From positions 320,001 to 384,000 of the forward strand of contig JAEOUA010000003.1 of assembly GCA_016839555.1 (NCBI GenBank): DNA of 64,000 nt, written 5' to 3'. This document shows, piece after piece, positions 30,417 through 40,890 of the stretch. The position numbers were made by a program, and so were the translations under genes. The notes under the pieces are model-generated. The model ran no database searches. It was not told the DNA's origin and saw only the letters and a list, made by a program, of their open reading frames with translations. The stretch comes from Promethearchaeota archaeon (GTDB lineage: Archaea > Asgardarchaeota > Lokiarchaeia > Sigyniarchaeales > SOKP01). How positions within the stretch are numbered: the stretch's first letter is position 1; every line of letters starts with the position of its first letter.

Positions 30417-31853
30417 TTATAAATTTGGTATTTTATCTTGCCAAGGTTGAATTTCTTCAAACGCTTTAGAGACTTGAAGTACAGTTTTTTCATCATAGCG
30501 CTTACCTACAATTTGCATTCCAATTGGTAATCCATTTTTAGTCCAGCTCGCTGGAATTGTAGCTGCAGGTAATCCAGTCATATTAAATGGATAGGTAAAT
30601 GTCATCCAGCTTACAATATTTAAAGGTCTGTTTCCAACTTTTGGAAAGACCGTTCCTGTCTCTAACCATTCTGGTTTAAATGCAGGACAAGGCAATGTTG
30701 GTGTAATTAAAAGGTCATAATTTTTGAAATATTCATACATTACCTCATATGTTCTTTTTCTAACCTCATTAGCTTTTCCAATACTAATTGAATCACAATC
30801 AAGACCGAATCTGATAGTCGCTACCAAATCAGGGGAGAGATCTTCAGGCCTTTTCTCATGATCGTTCTTTAAATCATATGCATACCCTATTCCTACTAAA
30901 GTTTTAAATGCTAATTCAGGGCTTCGTATTTTTATTTTTGCCTCTTCAACTTCCCAATTAAATTGTTCAAATTTTTGAACCTGGTTTAAGATGTTTTCTT
31001 CAATTTCCTCATTAAGAGCTTTCCCAAACCCGAGACTCATTGAAAATCCAATTTTCAGTTTTTTTGGTTTTTCCTCTAATATTTCAACATAATCGAGATC
31101 ATTATCAGGTAATGAATTGTTGTCTGCAGGATGATATCCCTTCATCACATTTAGCATTAAGGCCGCATCTTTCACATATCTTACTATTGGACCATAATGA
31201 TCCAATCCTATGAAAGCAATTCCAATACGAGGGTAACTTGGAATACGTCCATAGGTGGGTTTTAATCCATAGACCCCACAGCAACTACTGGGTATTCTTA
31301 TTGACCCACCACCATCAGATCCTAATGCTAATGGTCCTAAACCGCTGGCGACCGCAGAGGCAGCACCTCCACTTGAGCCTCCTGAATTAGTATCTAAATC
31401 CCAAGGATTCCTTGTTTCTCCAAAAATTTTATTATTGGTAAGCGCAATATGTCCAAACTCAGGAGTATTAGTCTTCCCAAGAATTACACATCCAGCGTCT
31501 TTTAATCTTTTTACTGCAATATCATCTTGTTCCGGAATAAAATCCTCATATAATTTAGATCCATAGGTTGTTCTAATCCCTTTTGTTTGCATCAAATCTT
31601 TGATGGAGGTAGGGATACCATTTAATAGACCAATTTTTTCACCATTTTTAACTGCATCATCTGCTTTTTTGGCCATCTCTCGTGCCAAATCAAAAGTGGT
31701 GGTACAGTAGGCATTAACTTTTGGATTTATCTTTTCGATACGCTCAATAATTCGTTCAGTTATTTCTTGTGAAGTAATTTCTTGAGATTTAATTTTCTCT
31801 CTCATTTCATAAGCCGATAAATAACATAGATCTTCATTACTCATAGTGTTCAC
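30417..31853 (-). CDS. Amidase signature family protein
   Basis: IKD, GKTNTPEFG, GGSSGG, GSDGGGSIRIPSS. Confidence 0.95.
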   Translation of the reverse strand: MNTMSNEDLCYLSAYEMREKIKSQEITSQEITERIIERIEKINPKVNAYCTTTFDLAREMAKKADDAVKNGEKIGLLNGIPTSIKDLMQTKGIRTTYGSKLYEDFIPEQDDIAVKRLKDAGCVILGKTNTPEFGHIALTNNKIFGETRNPWDLDTNSGGSSGGAASAVASGLGPLALGSDGGGSIRIPSSCCGVYGLKPTYGRIPSYPRIGIAFIGLDHYGPIVRYVKDAALMLNVMKGYHPADNNSLPDNDLDYVEILEEKPKKLKIGFSMSLGFGKALNEEIEENILNQVQKFEQFNWEVEEAKIKIRSPELAFKTLVGIGYAYDLKNDHEKRPEDLSPDLVATIRFGLDCDSISIGKANEVRKRTYEVMYEYFKNYDLLITPTLPCPAFKPEWLETGTVFPKVGNRPLNIVSWMTFTYPFNMTGLPAATIPASWTKNGLPIGMQIVGKRYDEKTVLQVSKAFEEIQPWQDKIPNL

Positions 31854-32149
31854 TTCTCTTAATCATTATAAAAATTTTTGAAATTTATACCAATTAAAAA
31901 TGAATTATTTTATTATTAAATTGTTTTGCCTATTAATTTATAATTATTATAAATTAGATATAAAAAATTAAATGATGAAAATCAAAAGCTCGTATTAAAA
32001 GCTCTCTAAATAAAAATGTTATTTTTAACAAAAAAGAGGTTATGTAATCTTTTGAATTAAAATAATAATCTTTTATTTAAATCCAGTTATATTTTAATTA
32101 ATTTCTTATTTAAAGATCATAAAAAATACATTAATAATGAGGATTAAAT

Positions 32150-34162
32150 TTGAAGTTTTTTAAGCTATTTACGCCGTTTAAAATTAAGGATATGGTTATT
32201 TCAAACCGAATTGTAATGCCCGCAATGCACCTAAATTTAGCAAAAAATGGGTTTATGACCAAAAAACTGGTTGCATTTTATGAAGAACGTGCTAAAGGGG
32301 GAGCAGGGATGATTATTGTAGGAGGATGCTATGTCGATATTTATGGCAAAGGACTTCCATCTATGATTGCTGTAGATGATGATAAATTTCTGCCAAAATT
32401 AAAAAGGTTTACAGAATCTGTTCATAAAGCAAGAGACGATGTAAAAGTCTGCTGTCAGCTGTACCATGGTGGAGCTTATGCTTTCCCACAAATTATTGGT
32501 AAGACACCTATTGCTCCCTCTGCTGTTTATAGTAACTTTAGTAAGACCACGCCTAGAGCCATGACAATGGAAGATATCAATAGAGAGCAGCAAGCTTTTG
32601 TTGATGCTTCATTAAGAGCAATAAAGGCAGGATTCGATGCTGTAGAGGTATGTGCAAATGCTGGGTATTTATTGGATCAATTCATCTCCCCTAAGACAAA
32701 TAAGCGCACGGATAAGTATGGAGGAGACCTTGAAAATCGCTTAAGGTTTCCAATTGAAACTCTTGAACAAATTCGTTCGAATATAGGAGATTTTCCATTA
32801 GGCTATAGAATTTCGGGAGACGATTTCGTTCCTGGAAGTAATACTTATAAGGAGAAAGTAGTTGTTGCAGAAGAACTGGCACCATATCTTGATTATTTTA
32901 ATGTGACTGGGGGTTGGCATGAAACGAAGGTTCCACAACTTACTATGGATGTACCAGAGGGTTGTTATACCTATTTAGCAGATATGATTAAGAAGCGGGT
33001 CTCAATTCCGATATTTTCGTCTAATAGAATAAATAATCCAGAACTTGCAGAACAAATTTTAATGGCTGGGAAGGCTGATGCTGTGTGTATGGGTCGAGCA
33101 TTAATTGCAGATCCTTATTTACCCATAAAAGCTAAGAAAGGGGAATTAAGAGATATAATGAAGTGTATAGCATGCAATCAAGGATGCTTTGATAATGTCT
33201 TTCGAATGATGCCAGTAACATGCACAAGAAATGCCAGAGCAGGAAATGAAGCACAAAGAGAATTAAGGCCCCTTGATGAAAAGAAAAAGATAATGGTAGT
33301 AGGTTCTGGACCTGCAGGCTTAGAGGCAGCCAGAGTTGCAGCAATCAGAGGTCATGAAGTTCATATTTTTGAAAAAGATGACAAGATTGGAGGCTTGTTG
33401 AATCTTATCTGGATTCCACCAGGAAGAAACGAGTTTAAGAGGATGATCGAAGATTATGGTTATTGGATTCAAAAATATGGAATAAAAGTTCATTTAGAAC
33501 AAGAGGTCGATGTAAATACCGTTCAAGAATTTGATCCCGATGCAATATTTACCGCAACAGGATCGATACCAATCAAACCTCCCATTAAAGGAATTGATCG
33601 CGAAAATGTGTATTGGGCAAATGAGGTATTTAGTGGTGATGCTCCAGTTGGTAAAAATAACGTTGTTATCGGAGGAGGCGCTACTGGGGTTGAATGTGCA
33701 TTGTATTTAGCTAAGTTTGGAACCTTAGATCTTGAAGCTCTGGATTTTCTATTATTTTATAATGCACTTACTCCCGAAAAGGCCTTGGAAATGCGATATA
33801 CAGAAAGAAATAAGGTTACTGTTCTTGAAAGATTACCAAAATTAGGAAGCGCCTTAGGTAAAACAACTAAGTGGGTTTTATTAGATAAATGTGATGCGTT
33901 TGGAGTGAATTTTCTTACTAATGTGAATGTCACAGAAATTGGAGATAATTATGTCAATTATATTGATGCCTCCGGAAATGAAAATGCAGTTAATGATGTT
34001 GATTACGTGTATTACGCAACAGGAGTGAGATCAAATGATACTCTCTTTAAAGAACTTAAAGAGCTAGAAAAATACGAATTAGAGAATGTTGGAGACGCAA
34101 GAAAACCAGAAACAGTATTAGAAGCGGTAGCTATTGCCTACAAGAAAGCCAATAGAATATAA
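32150..34162 (+). CDS. fadH: 2,4-dienoyl-CoA reductase / NADH:flavin oxidoreductase
   Basis: OYE barrel, CIACNQGC Fe-S motif, GSGPAG and GGGATG Rossmann motifs. Confidence 0.85.
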   Translation: MKFFKLFTPFKIKDMVISNRIVMPAMHLNLAKNGFMTKKLVAFYEERAKGGAGMIIVGGCYVDIYGKGLPSMIAVDDDKFLPKLKRFTESVHKARDDVKVCCQLYHGGAYAFPQIIGKTPIAPSAVYSNFSKTTPRAMTMEDINREQQAFVDASLRAIKAGFDAVEVCANAGYLLDQFISPKTNKRTDKYGGDLENRLRFPIETLEQIRSNIGDFPLGYRISGDDFVPGSNTYKEKVVVAEELAPYLDYFNVTGGWHETKVPQLTMDVPEGCYTYLADMIKKRVSIPIFSSNRINNPELAEQILMAGKADAVCMGRALIADPYLPIKAKKGELRDIMKCIACNQGCFDNVFRMMPVTCTRNARAGNEAQRELRPLDEKKKIMVVGSGPAGLEAARVAAIRGHEVHIFEKDDKIGGLLNLIWIPPGRNEFKRMIEDYGYWIQKYGIKVHLEQEVDVNTVQEFDPDAIFTATGSIPIKPPIKGIDRENVYWANEVFSGDAPVGKNNVVIGGGATGVECALYLAKFGTLDLEALDFLLFYNALTPEKALEMRYTERNKVTVLERLPKLGSALGKTTKWVLLDKCDAFGVNFLTNVNVTEIGDNYVNYIDASGNENAVNDVDYVYYATGVRSNDTLFKELKELEKYELENVGDARKPETVLEAVAIAYKKANRI

Positions 34163-34255
34163 AGTATTTTCTTTCTAAATATTTACTTTTTTAAATTTTT
34201 TTAAAAACCCTTTTAACAATAATTATTAATTAGATAAAGAAAGGCGTATTTTGAA

Positions 34256-35125
34256 ATGAGATCAGACAAGCAACATTTTAAAGAAAAATATATTCAAATA
34301 AATGGTATTAAAATTCACACAGTTATTGCTGGAGAAGGAGAGTCAATAATATTGCTTCATGGGTTTCCAGATTTTTGGTACGGTTGGAAGAAGGTTATGG
34401 ATGGATTAAAAAAGGATTTTCAATTAATTGTTCCGGATTTAAAAGGGTTCAATTTATCAGATAAGCCAACAGATGTAAAAGAATATGATTTAGCTATCTT
34501 AGTGAATGATATTAAAAATTTAGCCAGTAAGCTTAACGTAGATAAATTTAGCTTAGCAGGACACGATTGGGGTGGTATAATTGCTTGGGGTTTTGCCGAG
34601 AAATATCCCGAATTATTACGTAAATTAATTATTCTGAATGCCCCACATTATAAAGTGTTTAGAAAAAAGATAAAAGAGCATGAGACTCAAAGGCGCGCCA
34701 GTGGGTATATTTTACAACTAATTCAACCGAACAGTGATGAACTTCTTAAAAGAAATGATTATCAAATGCTTAAATTTGCAGTCTTCCAAAATGCTCGTAA
34801 TAAAGATGCCTTTTCTCAGGAAGATAAAGAAAAATATCTTGAAGCCTGGGCTCAACCGAATGTTTTAAAAACCTCAGTAAATTATTACCGAGCAAATAGA
34901 AGGTATGAAGAATGGTCTGGAATAATAAAAGTTCCGACTTTAGTCATTTTTGGTATGAAGGATAACTATATTAAGCCATTAGTACTGGAGGGACTCTCTG
35001 AATACGTTAATAATTTAAAAATAGTAAAAGATGCAGAATCATCACATTGGATCATGCATGATAATCCAGAACTAGTCGTTTCAAGTATTCGATACTTCTT
35101 AAAAGAACCGAAAGAAAACCCATAA
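34256..35125 (+). CDS. Alpha/beta hydrolase (epoxide hydrolase-like)
   Basis: LLHGFP, GHDWGG, NYYR, SHW. Confidence 0.9.
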   Translation: MRSDKQHFKEKYIQINGIKIHTVIAGEGESIILLHGFPDFWYGWKKVMDGLKKDFQLIVPDLKGFNLSDKPTDVKEYDLAILVNDIKNLASKLNVDKFSLAGHDWGGIIAWGFAEKYPELLRKLIILNAPHYKVFRKKIKEHETQRRASGYILQLIQPNSDELLKRNDYQMLKFAVFQNARNKDAFSQEDKEKYLEAWAQPNVLKTSVNYYRANRRYEEWSGIIKVPTLVIFGMKDNYIKPLVLEGLSEYVNNLKIVKDAESSHWIMHDNPELVVSSIRYFLKEPKENP

Positions 35126-35227
35126 TTCTTTAATTTTTTTATAATTGTATAAAATTAAGATTAAACTTTTTAATTTTATAAAAATATATTTAAATTATAA
35201 AGATTATAATAATTAAGGAGAATTAAA

Positions 35228-35791
35228 ATGGCTGAAGAAATTGAAGAGAATCAAGTGGATATCCGTGAATTATTTTTTGATATCCTTGATCTCGTGAAAT
35301 TTGAACTCAAATTTTATAAATATAAAGAGAGCCCGATGTTTGAACGTATTGTGAAAACGAGAGTATTCCAAAATAAGCTTCAAAAGCTTAAGGACTTTAT
35401 TTCAAGTTATTTCGAAATCATGTATGATAATAAAGAGAGTCCAATTAATCAGGCAGCGTTGCAAACACAATTGGAAAATATTGCCAGACTTACTAATTAT
35501 TATAATGATCTTAGTAATTTTTATAAAGATTCAACCAAGGATCTCATCACAAAAAATAAAGTATTGGAATTAATTGAATATTCACATATAGAAATTCTTT
35601 TCCTCATATTTACAAACATTTTGGACTGGGAACATTATAAATCATCTCTACTATTCCCGACAGATAAAGACAAAGAAAAAATGTTAAAAGAGTTTTTAAA
35701 TAAACTTGCAAGCAGTGAGATCAAAGAGATCGAAGACATAATCGATTTAGAAATGTCAATAGATAGATTTATTGAAGGAATAACATCTTAA
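35228..35791 (+). CDS. Helical hypothetical protein
   Basis: 187 aa ORF with AAGGAG SD. Confidence 0.7.
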   Translation: MAEEIEENQVDIRELFFDILDLVKFELKFYKYKESPMFERIVKTRVFQNKLQKLKDFISSYFEIMYDNKESPINQAALQTQLENIARLTNYYNDLSNFYKDSTKDLITKNKVLELIEYSHIEILFLIFTNILDWEHYKSSLLFPTDKDKEKMLKEFLNKLASSEIKEIEDIIDLEMSIDRFIEGITS

Positions 35792-35985
35792 TTTTCTATT
35801 ATATACTTCTTTAGTTTAGAGATCAGGATTACCCTTAATTTTTTTCTTTTTTCCATTTTAATCATAAAAATAATTTAAATGATTTTTTGACCATATTATA
35901 ATTTAAATGTGAAAATTAATTACTTGATATGAGGTATTTTGTTTATATATTTATTTTAAGGAATAAAAATTAGAGTTAGGATTGA

Positions 35986-36297
35986 ATGGAAGAAGATTGT
36001 ATTAATAAAATTTTAGATTTTTATAATAAACAACAGAAGGACTTAAAATTTGATGTTAAGAGTGAAAAATGGATCCATAATTCAAAATATTTAATGATTT
36101 TAATGGATAATTTGGATAAAAAAATGGAAAATTATAGAACTATAAGGAATTGCTTAATTCTTCTTATAAATTTATGTTTCGATATAGAAAATGCCGATAT
36201 ATATCAAGGTCGGGGCAGATCTACAAGAGATCTTGATAATTCAGAAAAGGCAAAATATAAGTCTTTATTGAGAGAAGAACATCAAAGTTCAAAATAA
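35986..36297 (+). CDS. Hypothetical protein
   Basis: 103 aa ORF with AGGA upstream. Confidence 0.6.
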   Translation: MEEDCINKILDFYNKQQKDLKFDVKSEKWIHNSKYLMILMDNLDKKMENYRTIRNCLILLINLCFDIENADIYQGRGRSTRDLDNSEKAKYKSLLREEHQSSK

Positions 36298-36390
36298 AAT
36301 CTTCTCATATTCATTAAAAATCCCTTCTCACTTTTTAATAAAAAACTTTTAAAAATTGATGAGAATAATTTTTAAAATTATAATACAACA

Positions 36391-38676
36391 TTAAAATACA
36401 TTTAATTTATGAAGTTCGTATAATTCATCAAAATCTTCAAATATATCATCAATTTCTCTTAATAAGAGAGTTAATTTCTTTTTTGTTGATTTATCTTCTC
36501 CAAAAGTGTCCAATATAATTTTATCTAAATTTACTTTATATTCTGAAGTAAGGTTAGAGATCTTCTCTAAATCGTTTCTAGAAATGCCTTGATCCTCTAA
36601 TTTTTCGAGAATATCTTCCATTTGGTTTTTTAAACTGACACAAGCCCATAAGGCATTGGTAGATTTTTTATATAACTTTTTTTCTTTCTCATAAGCGATG
36701 GAATCTTCATCTGAAAGATCGGTTCTTATACCAAGATCTTCAATCCTTTCATTTAATAAATGCTTCACACGATGATAAATCTCTATCGCTCTGTAAATTT
36801 TTCTTAAGGAGTTTAAAAGATTATATTTTCTTAATAATGCTGCATCAACGATCTTTAAATAGGCAGTTTCATAATAGGTTTGAATCGTACCAAAAGTAGA
36901 TTTCGGTACTGATTCTCCAATTTTTAATTTAATCTGATCTAAATCGTCTTTTAATCTTGTTTTTTCTGCATGAGTAATTTTTTTATGGTCAAACCTTTTA
37001 TAAATACTTTTTGCATCTGATTTGATCCTAAGAGCTTGATTTTTTAGTTTCTTGGCTTGTTCTTCAACATTAGTAAGGCTTTTCCTTTCCCCTTTCTTCT
37101 CACAAAAATCCAATATGGAAATAGCATCATCCAATAGATCAAAAACTTTGTTGTGATTTTCATTTAAATAATATTTAGTATCTTGGATTTTTTGAATTGC
37201 TCTATCCATCTGGATTTCTAATTCAAACACATAATCAATCAATGTGGTTTGTCTCCTCTCTTTTAAGATATATGATTTCTCCCTCATATCTTCTACTACT
37301 ACTTTAATTGTTAGATACCACAAAATGCCAGCAGGAATCCAAAATAAAATGGTAATTAATACCATGTTAAAAATACTTCCGAATACTGAAATTAAGAAAG
37401 ATGATAAAAGAAGCGTGAGACCCTTGCCTATTTGTTCAGATAAGTTAAATAAAGATGTCGCAGTGCCTTTATGTTCGGGTAAATTCACATCGATCATAAT
37501 GGCACGTTTATTTGCGACTGGTCCAGAGCTCAAGGTTGAGGCGATTAATGCGAAAATAAAAAAATAAATATAGCTTGGATATACACGAAATATTTCTATA
37601 ATAGATAATAAAATATAGGTCCAAATCTCTTGTGTTGGTATTATCAGCGGATAAGCTACATTGAGCTTATTAGCATCTATAGGTTGAATAGAAAGCATAG
37701 TTAAAAAGCAAAAAGGAATTGTTAAAAACATACATATAGTAGCGAGTCGAGTTCTATTCTTTTCATTCTTCCTAAATAACACATCACCTAGATAAGAGAG
37801 GAAAATATTTCCCAAAACATAGCCGACCCCAACCATTCCAGCGAAAATTGTAGATGTTTGAAGGCGTATTACTTCGGGTAATTCATTAAAATAATGAAGA
37901 TTCAACATTGAAGTTAAAAAGTAAATTAAAACTGTTCCAGGAATAATAGCAAAAAATCCTTGTATTGTTAAATAGAGATTAGTTTTTTTACTAAAGATTT
38001 CTGTTAAATCATCCTTAGAAATTCTATAGCTATATTCTAAATTTAGCTCACTTAATTCTGTTAATTCGGTTTCTTTAGCACCTCTCGAAGGTAATTTAAT
38101 AAAAAACATAAGAAATACAATCGCAATAGAAATGCCTGCCATTAATAAAAAAGGAAATCGCCAAGAAAAAACAGGACCTAAGAAAGAGGATAATCCTTGA
38201 CCAATGGCGTTAGAAGCTGAACTTAATATAGCAATCCATCCGAACCAACCTGAACGCTCTTCAGGTGGTATTGCATCAGATAATATAGAATATCCCACAG
38301 GTAAAACACATCCTAAACCCGCCCCGCTTATTAAACGAGAAATCATTATCATTGGTAATCCCGTTGAAAATCCTGTTAAAAGCATTCCTATTGTCCATGA
38401 AAACCCTCCCGCTAAAATTAATTTTGTTCTATTAATCCGGTCAGTAAAATAGCCCCATATCAACGCAAACGCGGCGCTTATTAAAACAAATAACGAATCT
38501 GGAATTGCTAATAACTCTTCTGGAATTCCAAATTCTTTTTTAATTGCCCCATACGCGGGTATGAGCATGTATGCGCAAGTTATAGAAATAAATAGAAGTA
38601 CGCATACTAAAACAATGGGAATTAAATCATTTTTCTTGATTTTCGTGAGCGGAATATCTCTTTTCTCTTTTTTAAT
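36391..38676 (-). CDS. MFS transporter fused to a ~300 aa C-terminal soluble helical domain; start upstream of the annotated ATG 38568
   Basis: MFS motif A (WGYFTDRINR; LGDVLFRK). The frame is open to 38676 and encodes TM1 with no ATG/GTG/TTG. Confidence 0.8.
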   Translation of the reverse strand: MKKEKRDIPLTKIKKNDLIPIVLVCVLLFISITCAYMLIPAYGAIKKEFGIPEELLAIPDSLFVLISAAFALIWGYFTDRINRTKLILAGGFSWTIGMLLTGFSTGLPMIMISRLISGAGLGCVLPVGYSILSDAIPPEERSGWFGWIAILSSASNAIGQGLSSFLGPVFSWRFPFLLMAGISIAIVFLMFFIKLPSRGAKETELTELSELNLEYSYRISKDDLTEIFSKKTNLYLTIQGFFAIIPGTVLIYFLTSMLNLHYFNELPEVIRLQTSTIFAGMVGVGYVLGNIFLSYLGDVLFRKNEKNRTRLATICMFLTIPFCFLTMLSIQPIDANKLNVAYPLIIPTQEIWTYILLSIIEIFRVYPSYIYFFIFALIASTLSSGPVANKRAIMIDVNLPEHKGTATSLFNLSEQIGKGLTLLLSSFLISVFGSIFNMVLITILFWIPAGILWYLTIKVVVEDMREKSYILKERRQTTLIDYVFELEIQMDRAIQKIQDTKYYLNENHNKVFDLLDDAISILDFCEKKGERKSLTNVEEQAKKLKNQALRIKSDAKSIYKRFDHKKITHAEKTRLKDDLDQIKLKIGESVPKSTFGTIQTYYETAYLKIVDAALLRKYNLLNSLRKIYRAIEIYHRVKHLLNERIEDLGIRTDLSDEDSIAYEKEKKLYKKSTNALWACVSLKNQMEDILEKLEDQGISRNDLEKISNLTSEYKVNLDKIILDTFGEDKSTKKKLTLLLREIDDIFEDFDELYELHKLNVF

Positions 38677-38881
38677 TTAATTCAAATTAAATTAATTAAG
38701 AAATTATACCTAAAAAAATTTTAATATAGGTAATTAAATAGGTTTTTTTATTATATTTTTATTTTGTGTGTAAATCTTATTTTCATTTAAAGTTTTTAAA
38801 TTTTAAATCAGTAGGGATTTTTCAATCTTTCGATTATTGTTTTTAGTAGGAAAAATTATTAAAAATAAGAAGTATAGTTCT

Positions 38882-40297
38882 CTAATTTTTATTCTTGTCT
38901 CGATAAAGAAATATAAATATCGAAATTTCAATAATAATAAAAGCAATTAAAGAGAATATTTCTTTTTCTATATTGATTATAGTATAGATAAATAAAACAA
39001 TAAATAATAAGGCGGTTCCAGCCATTCCTATGATTGGAAAAATTATATTGCTATTAGTTGATTTTCTTGCTTTATAATTAGAAAAATTAATGATAAAAAA
39101 TATCTGGGCAAAAATAAGTCCTGCTATACCTGCTATAGCTAACGCCCCTCCTGTGAAAATGGTTAATAATATACTCACTATACTTGTTAATATAATTGAG
39201 TTATAGGGAACTTTATTTTTACTCATTTTTGAAAATTTGCTAGGTATTACATTGTCTTTAGCCATTTTATAGGCAAGACGAGAGGATCCTATAATGGTTG
39301 CATTCATGGCACTTAAAGTTGCCAATAAAGCACAGACACTTATAATAATTAATCCTATTATTCCTAAGGCTTTTTGTGCCGCTAACGCAATCGATACTTC
39401 CTTTAGATGACCTCCTTGATTTAGAATACCGGAAACACCTAATATCGCCATGCTTGAAAAAGCAGTTAAAATATAAACTATCATGGAAACAACAAGCGAC
39501 CATTTCATCATTGACAATCCTTTCTCCCTATCTTTCATTTCATGAGAGCCATATGCAATGAGCTGAAAACCTTCATATGAAATGATTATCGATGCACTTC
39601 CAAATAAAATCCCGAGAAAATTCATATTTGAGAACGAATCTATATCTAATCCTTCATTTTCTAAAAAAATTTCCATATTTTGGGATGAATAAAGTAATCC
39701 CGAGATAATAAATAAACTAAGAATCATTAAAATAGAAATTACTAAAATATTTTGTAGTCGAGAAGATTCCTTCACTCCTTTTAAATTTAAAATCGTAATG
39801 AAAATAAATATAATAAAAACAATAATAGATATCAATAAATAATTGAATTCCAAATTAAAAAGATAAATAAAATACACGCTAAATGTATAAGCATATAGAG
39901 CCATTGTTGCGATATAGCCAAAATAGATCAAAAGTCCAGCAAATTTTCCCATTTCCTTCAAATTTGAACTTGATAAAGCCTTTTGTATGCATGTAAATTC
40001 TCCCCCAGGAGTAGACCATTTTAAATTTAATTTATGATAAGAATATACCGTAAATAGAGTAATTATTCCCGTAATCAGATATGATAAATATGTATAAGGC
40101 CCCGTATATTCTGTTATTGCCCCTATTACGCTAAATATTCCTCCACCAACTAGCCCTCCAATACCAATCATCAGGCAGCTAAATTTACTTAGGTGTTGAT
40201 GAAAATCTTTCTCATCGTCTTCCTTCTCTTTTTGTTCTTTTTGATCTACTATAACCGGTTTTTCATATTGTTCTTTTTCTAGCATGTATACTTTCAC
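38882..40297 (-). CDS. APC-family amino acid permease
   Basis: GGLVGGGIF, GGEF, SYEGF, SRLAYKMAKD. Confidence 0.9.
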   Translation of the reverse strand: MKVYMLEKEQYEKPVIVDQKEQKEKEDDEKDFHQHLSKFSCLMIGIGGLVGGGIFSVIGAITEYTGPYTYLSYLITGIITLFTVYSYHKLNLKWSTPGGEFTCIQKALSSSNLKEMGKFAGLLIYFGYIATMALYAYTFSVYFIYLFNLEFNYLLISIIVFIIFIFITILNLKGVKESSRLQNILVISILMILSLFIISGLLYSSQNMEIFLENEGLDIDSFSNMNFLGILFGSASIIISYEGFQLIAYGSHEMKDREKGLSMMKWSLVVSMIVYILTAFSSMAILGVSGILNQGGHLKEVSIALAAQKALGIIGLIIISVCALLATLSAMNATIIGSSRLAYKMAKDNVIPSKFSKMSKNKVPYNSIILTSIVSILLTIFTGGALAIAGIAGLIFAQIFFIINFSNYKARKSTNSNIIFPIIGMAGTALLFIVLFIYTIINIEKEIFSLIAFIIIEISIFIFLYRDKNKN

Positions 40298-40643
40298 TCG
40301 TTTTATATTTTATAAAAGCAGTGAATATAAAACTGAATATTTTTTTACTTTATATCCTATACCTATTTTTTGGAAGTAAACAACTTTTAAAATAGGTTAT
40401 AAGAGAGGGGTTATTTGCGCTACATAAGTCATTATATTGTTTTGATACATTGAGTATATCAAAAATCAATTAAGTAAAATATTCATTTAATATATTCTTA
40501 ATTGGATAGAATAATTAAAATAATAATTAAATCTTTTCTATTCCGCCTAAATTTTGTAAAAAATAGGATATCTCTTCAAGACATTAGATTTAGTAATTAA
40601 AATTTAGTCCATGTTGAAATCCGTAAAAATATAAAGAGTTAAA

Positions 40644-40757
40644 TGGGGACTGAGGGATTCGAACCCCCGATCTTCAGCTCACTCCCTTCCCTTTGCTTTT
40701 GGGTTAATTGCTTCGGGTTCTGGAGGCTGTCGCGCTACCGTGCTACGCCAAATCCCC
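40644..40757 (-). tRNA. tRNA-Trp(CCA) with 40-nt intron at 37/38 (40680-40719)
   Basis: Acceptor GGGGATT/AGTCCCC-A, anticodon CCA at 40723-40721, T-arm GGGGG-TTCGAAT-CCCTC. CUCC/GGAG helix with AGA and UGA bulges (relaxed BHB). Confidence 0.92.
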
Positions 40758-40890
40758 CTCTTATCTATAAATACAAATAGTTATACTATTATTGTTAATT
40801 TTTAATAATATTTGAAATTTTTTTTATTTTAAAATTTGCTGATGAAAAGAACTAAAAATTGTTATATATATCCGGAGAGAGATAAAGATT

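Noticed and set aside
30417-31853. gatA (Glu-tRNA amidotransferase subunit A)
   Set aside because: No gatB/gatC is adjacent and GatA-specific C-terminal motifs are not evident, so it is called a generic amidase.
25164-40643. Integrated element between the two tRNA genes
   Set aside because: No integrase or transposase and no duplicated tRNA 3' end seen; the content is ordinary metabolic genes.
40298-40643. Riboswitch or ncRNA upstream of the amino acid permease
   Set aside because: Only a weak AT-rich hairpin (TTTGATA..TATCAAA) is visible, with no recognisable aptamer.
40644-40757. Possible tRNA-Sec or UGA suppressor, given selD in the window
   Set aside because: The anticodon is CCA, the acceptor stem is 7 bp and the variable loop is short. 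The extra length is an intron, so this is tRNA-Trp.
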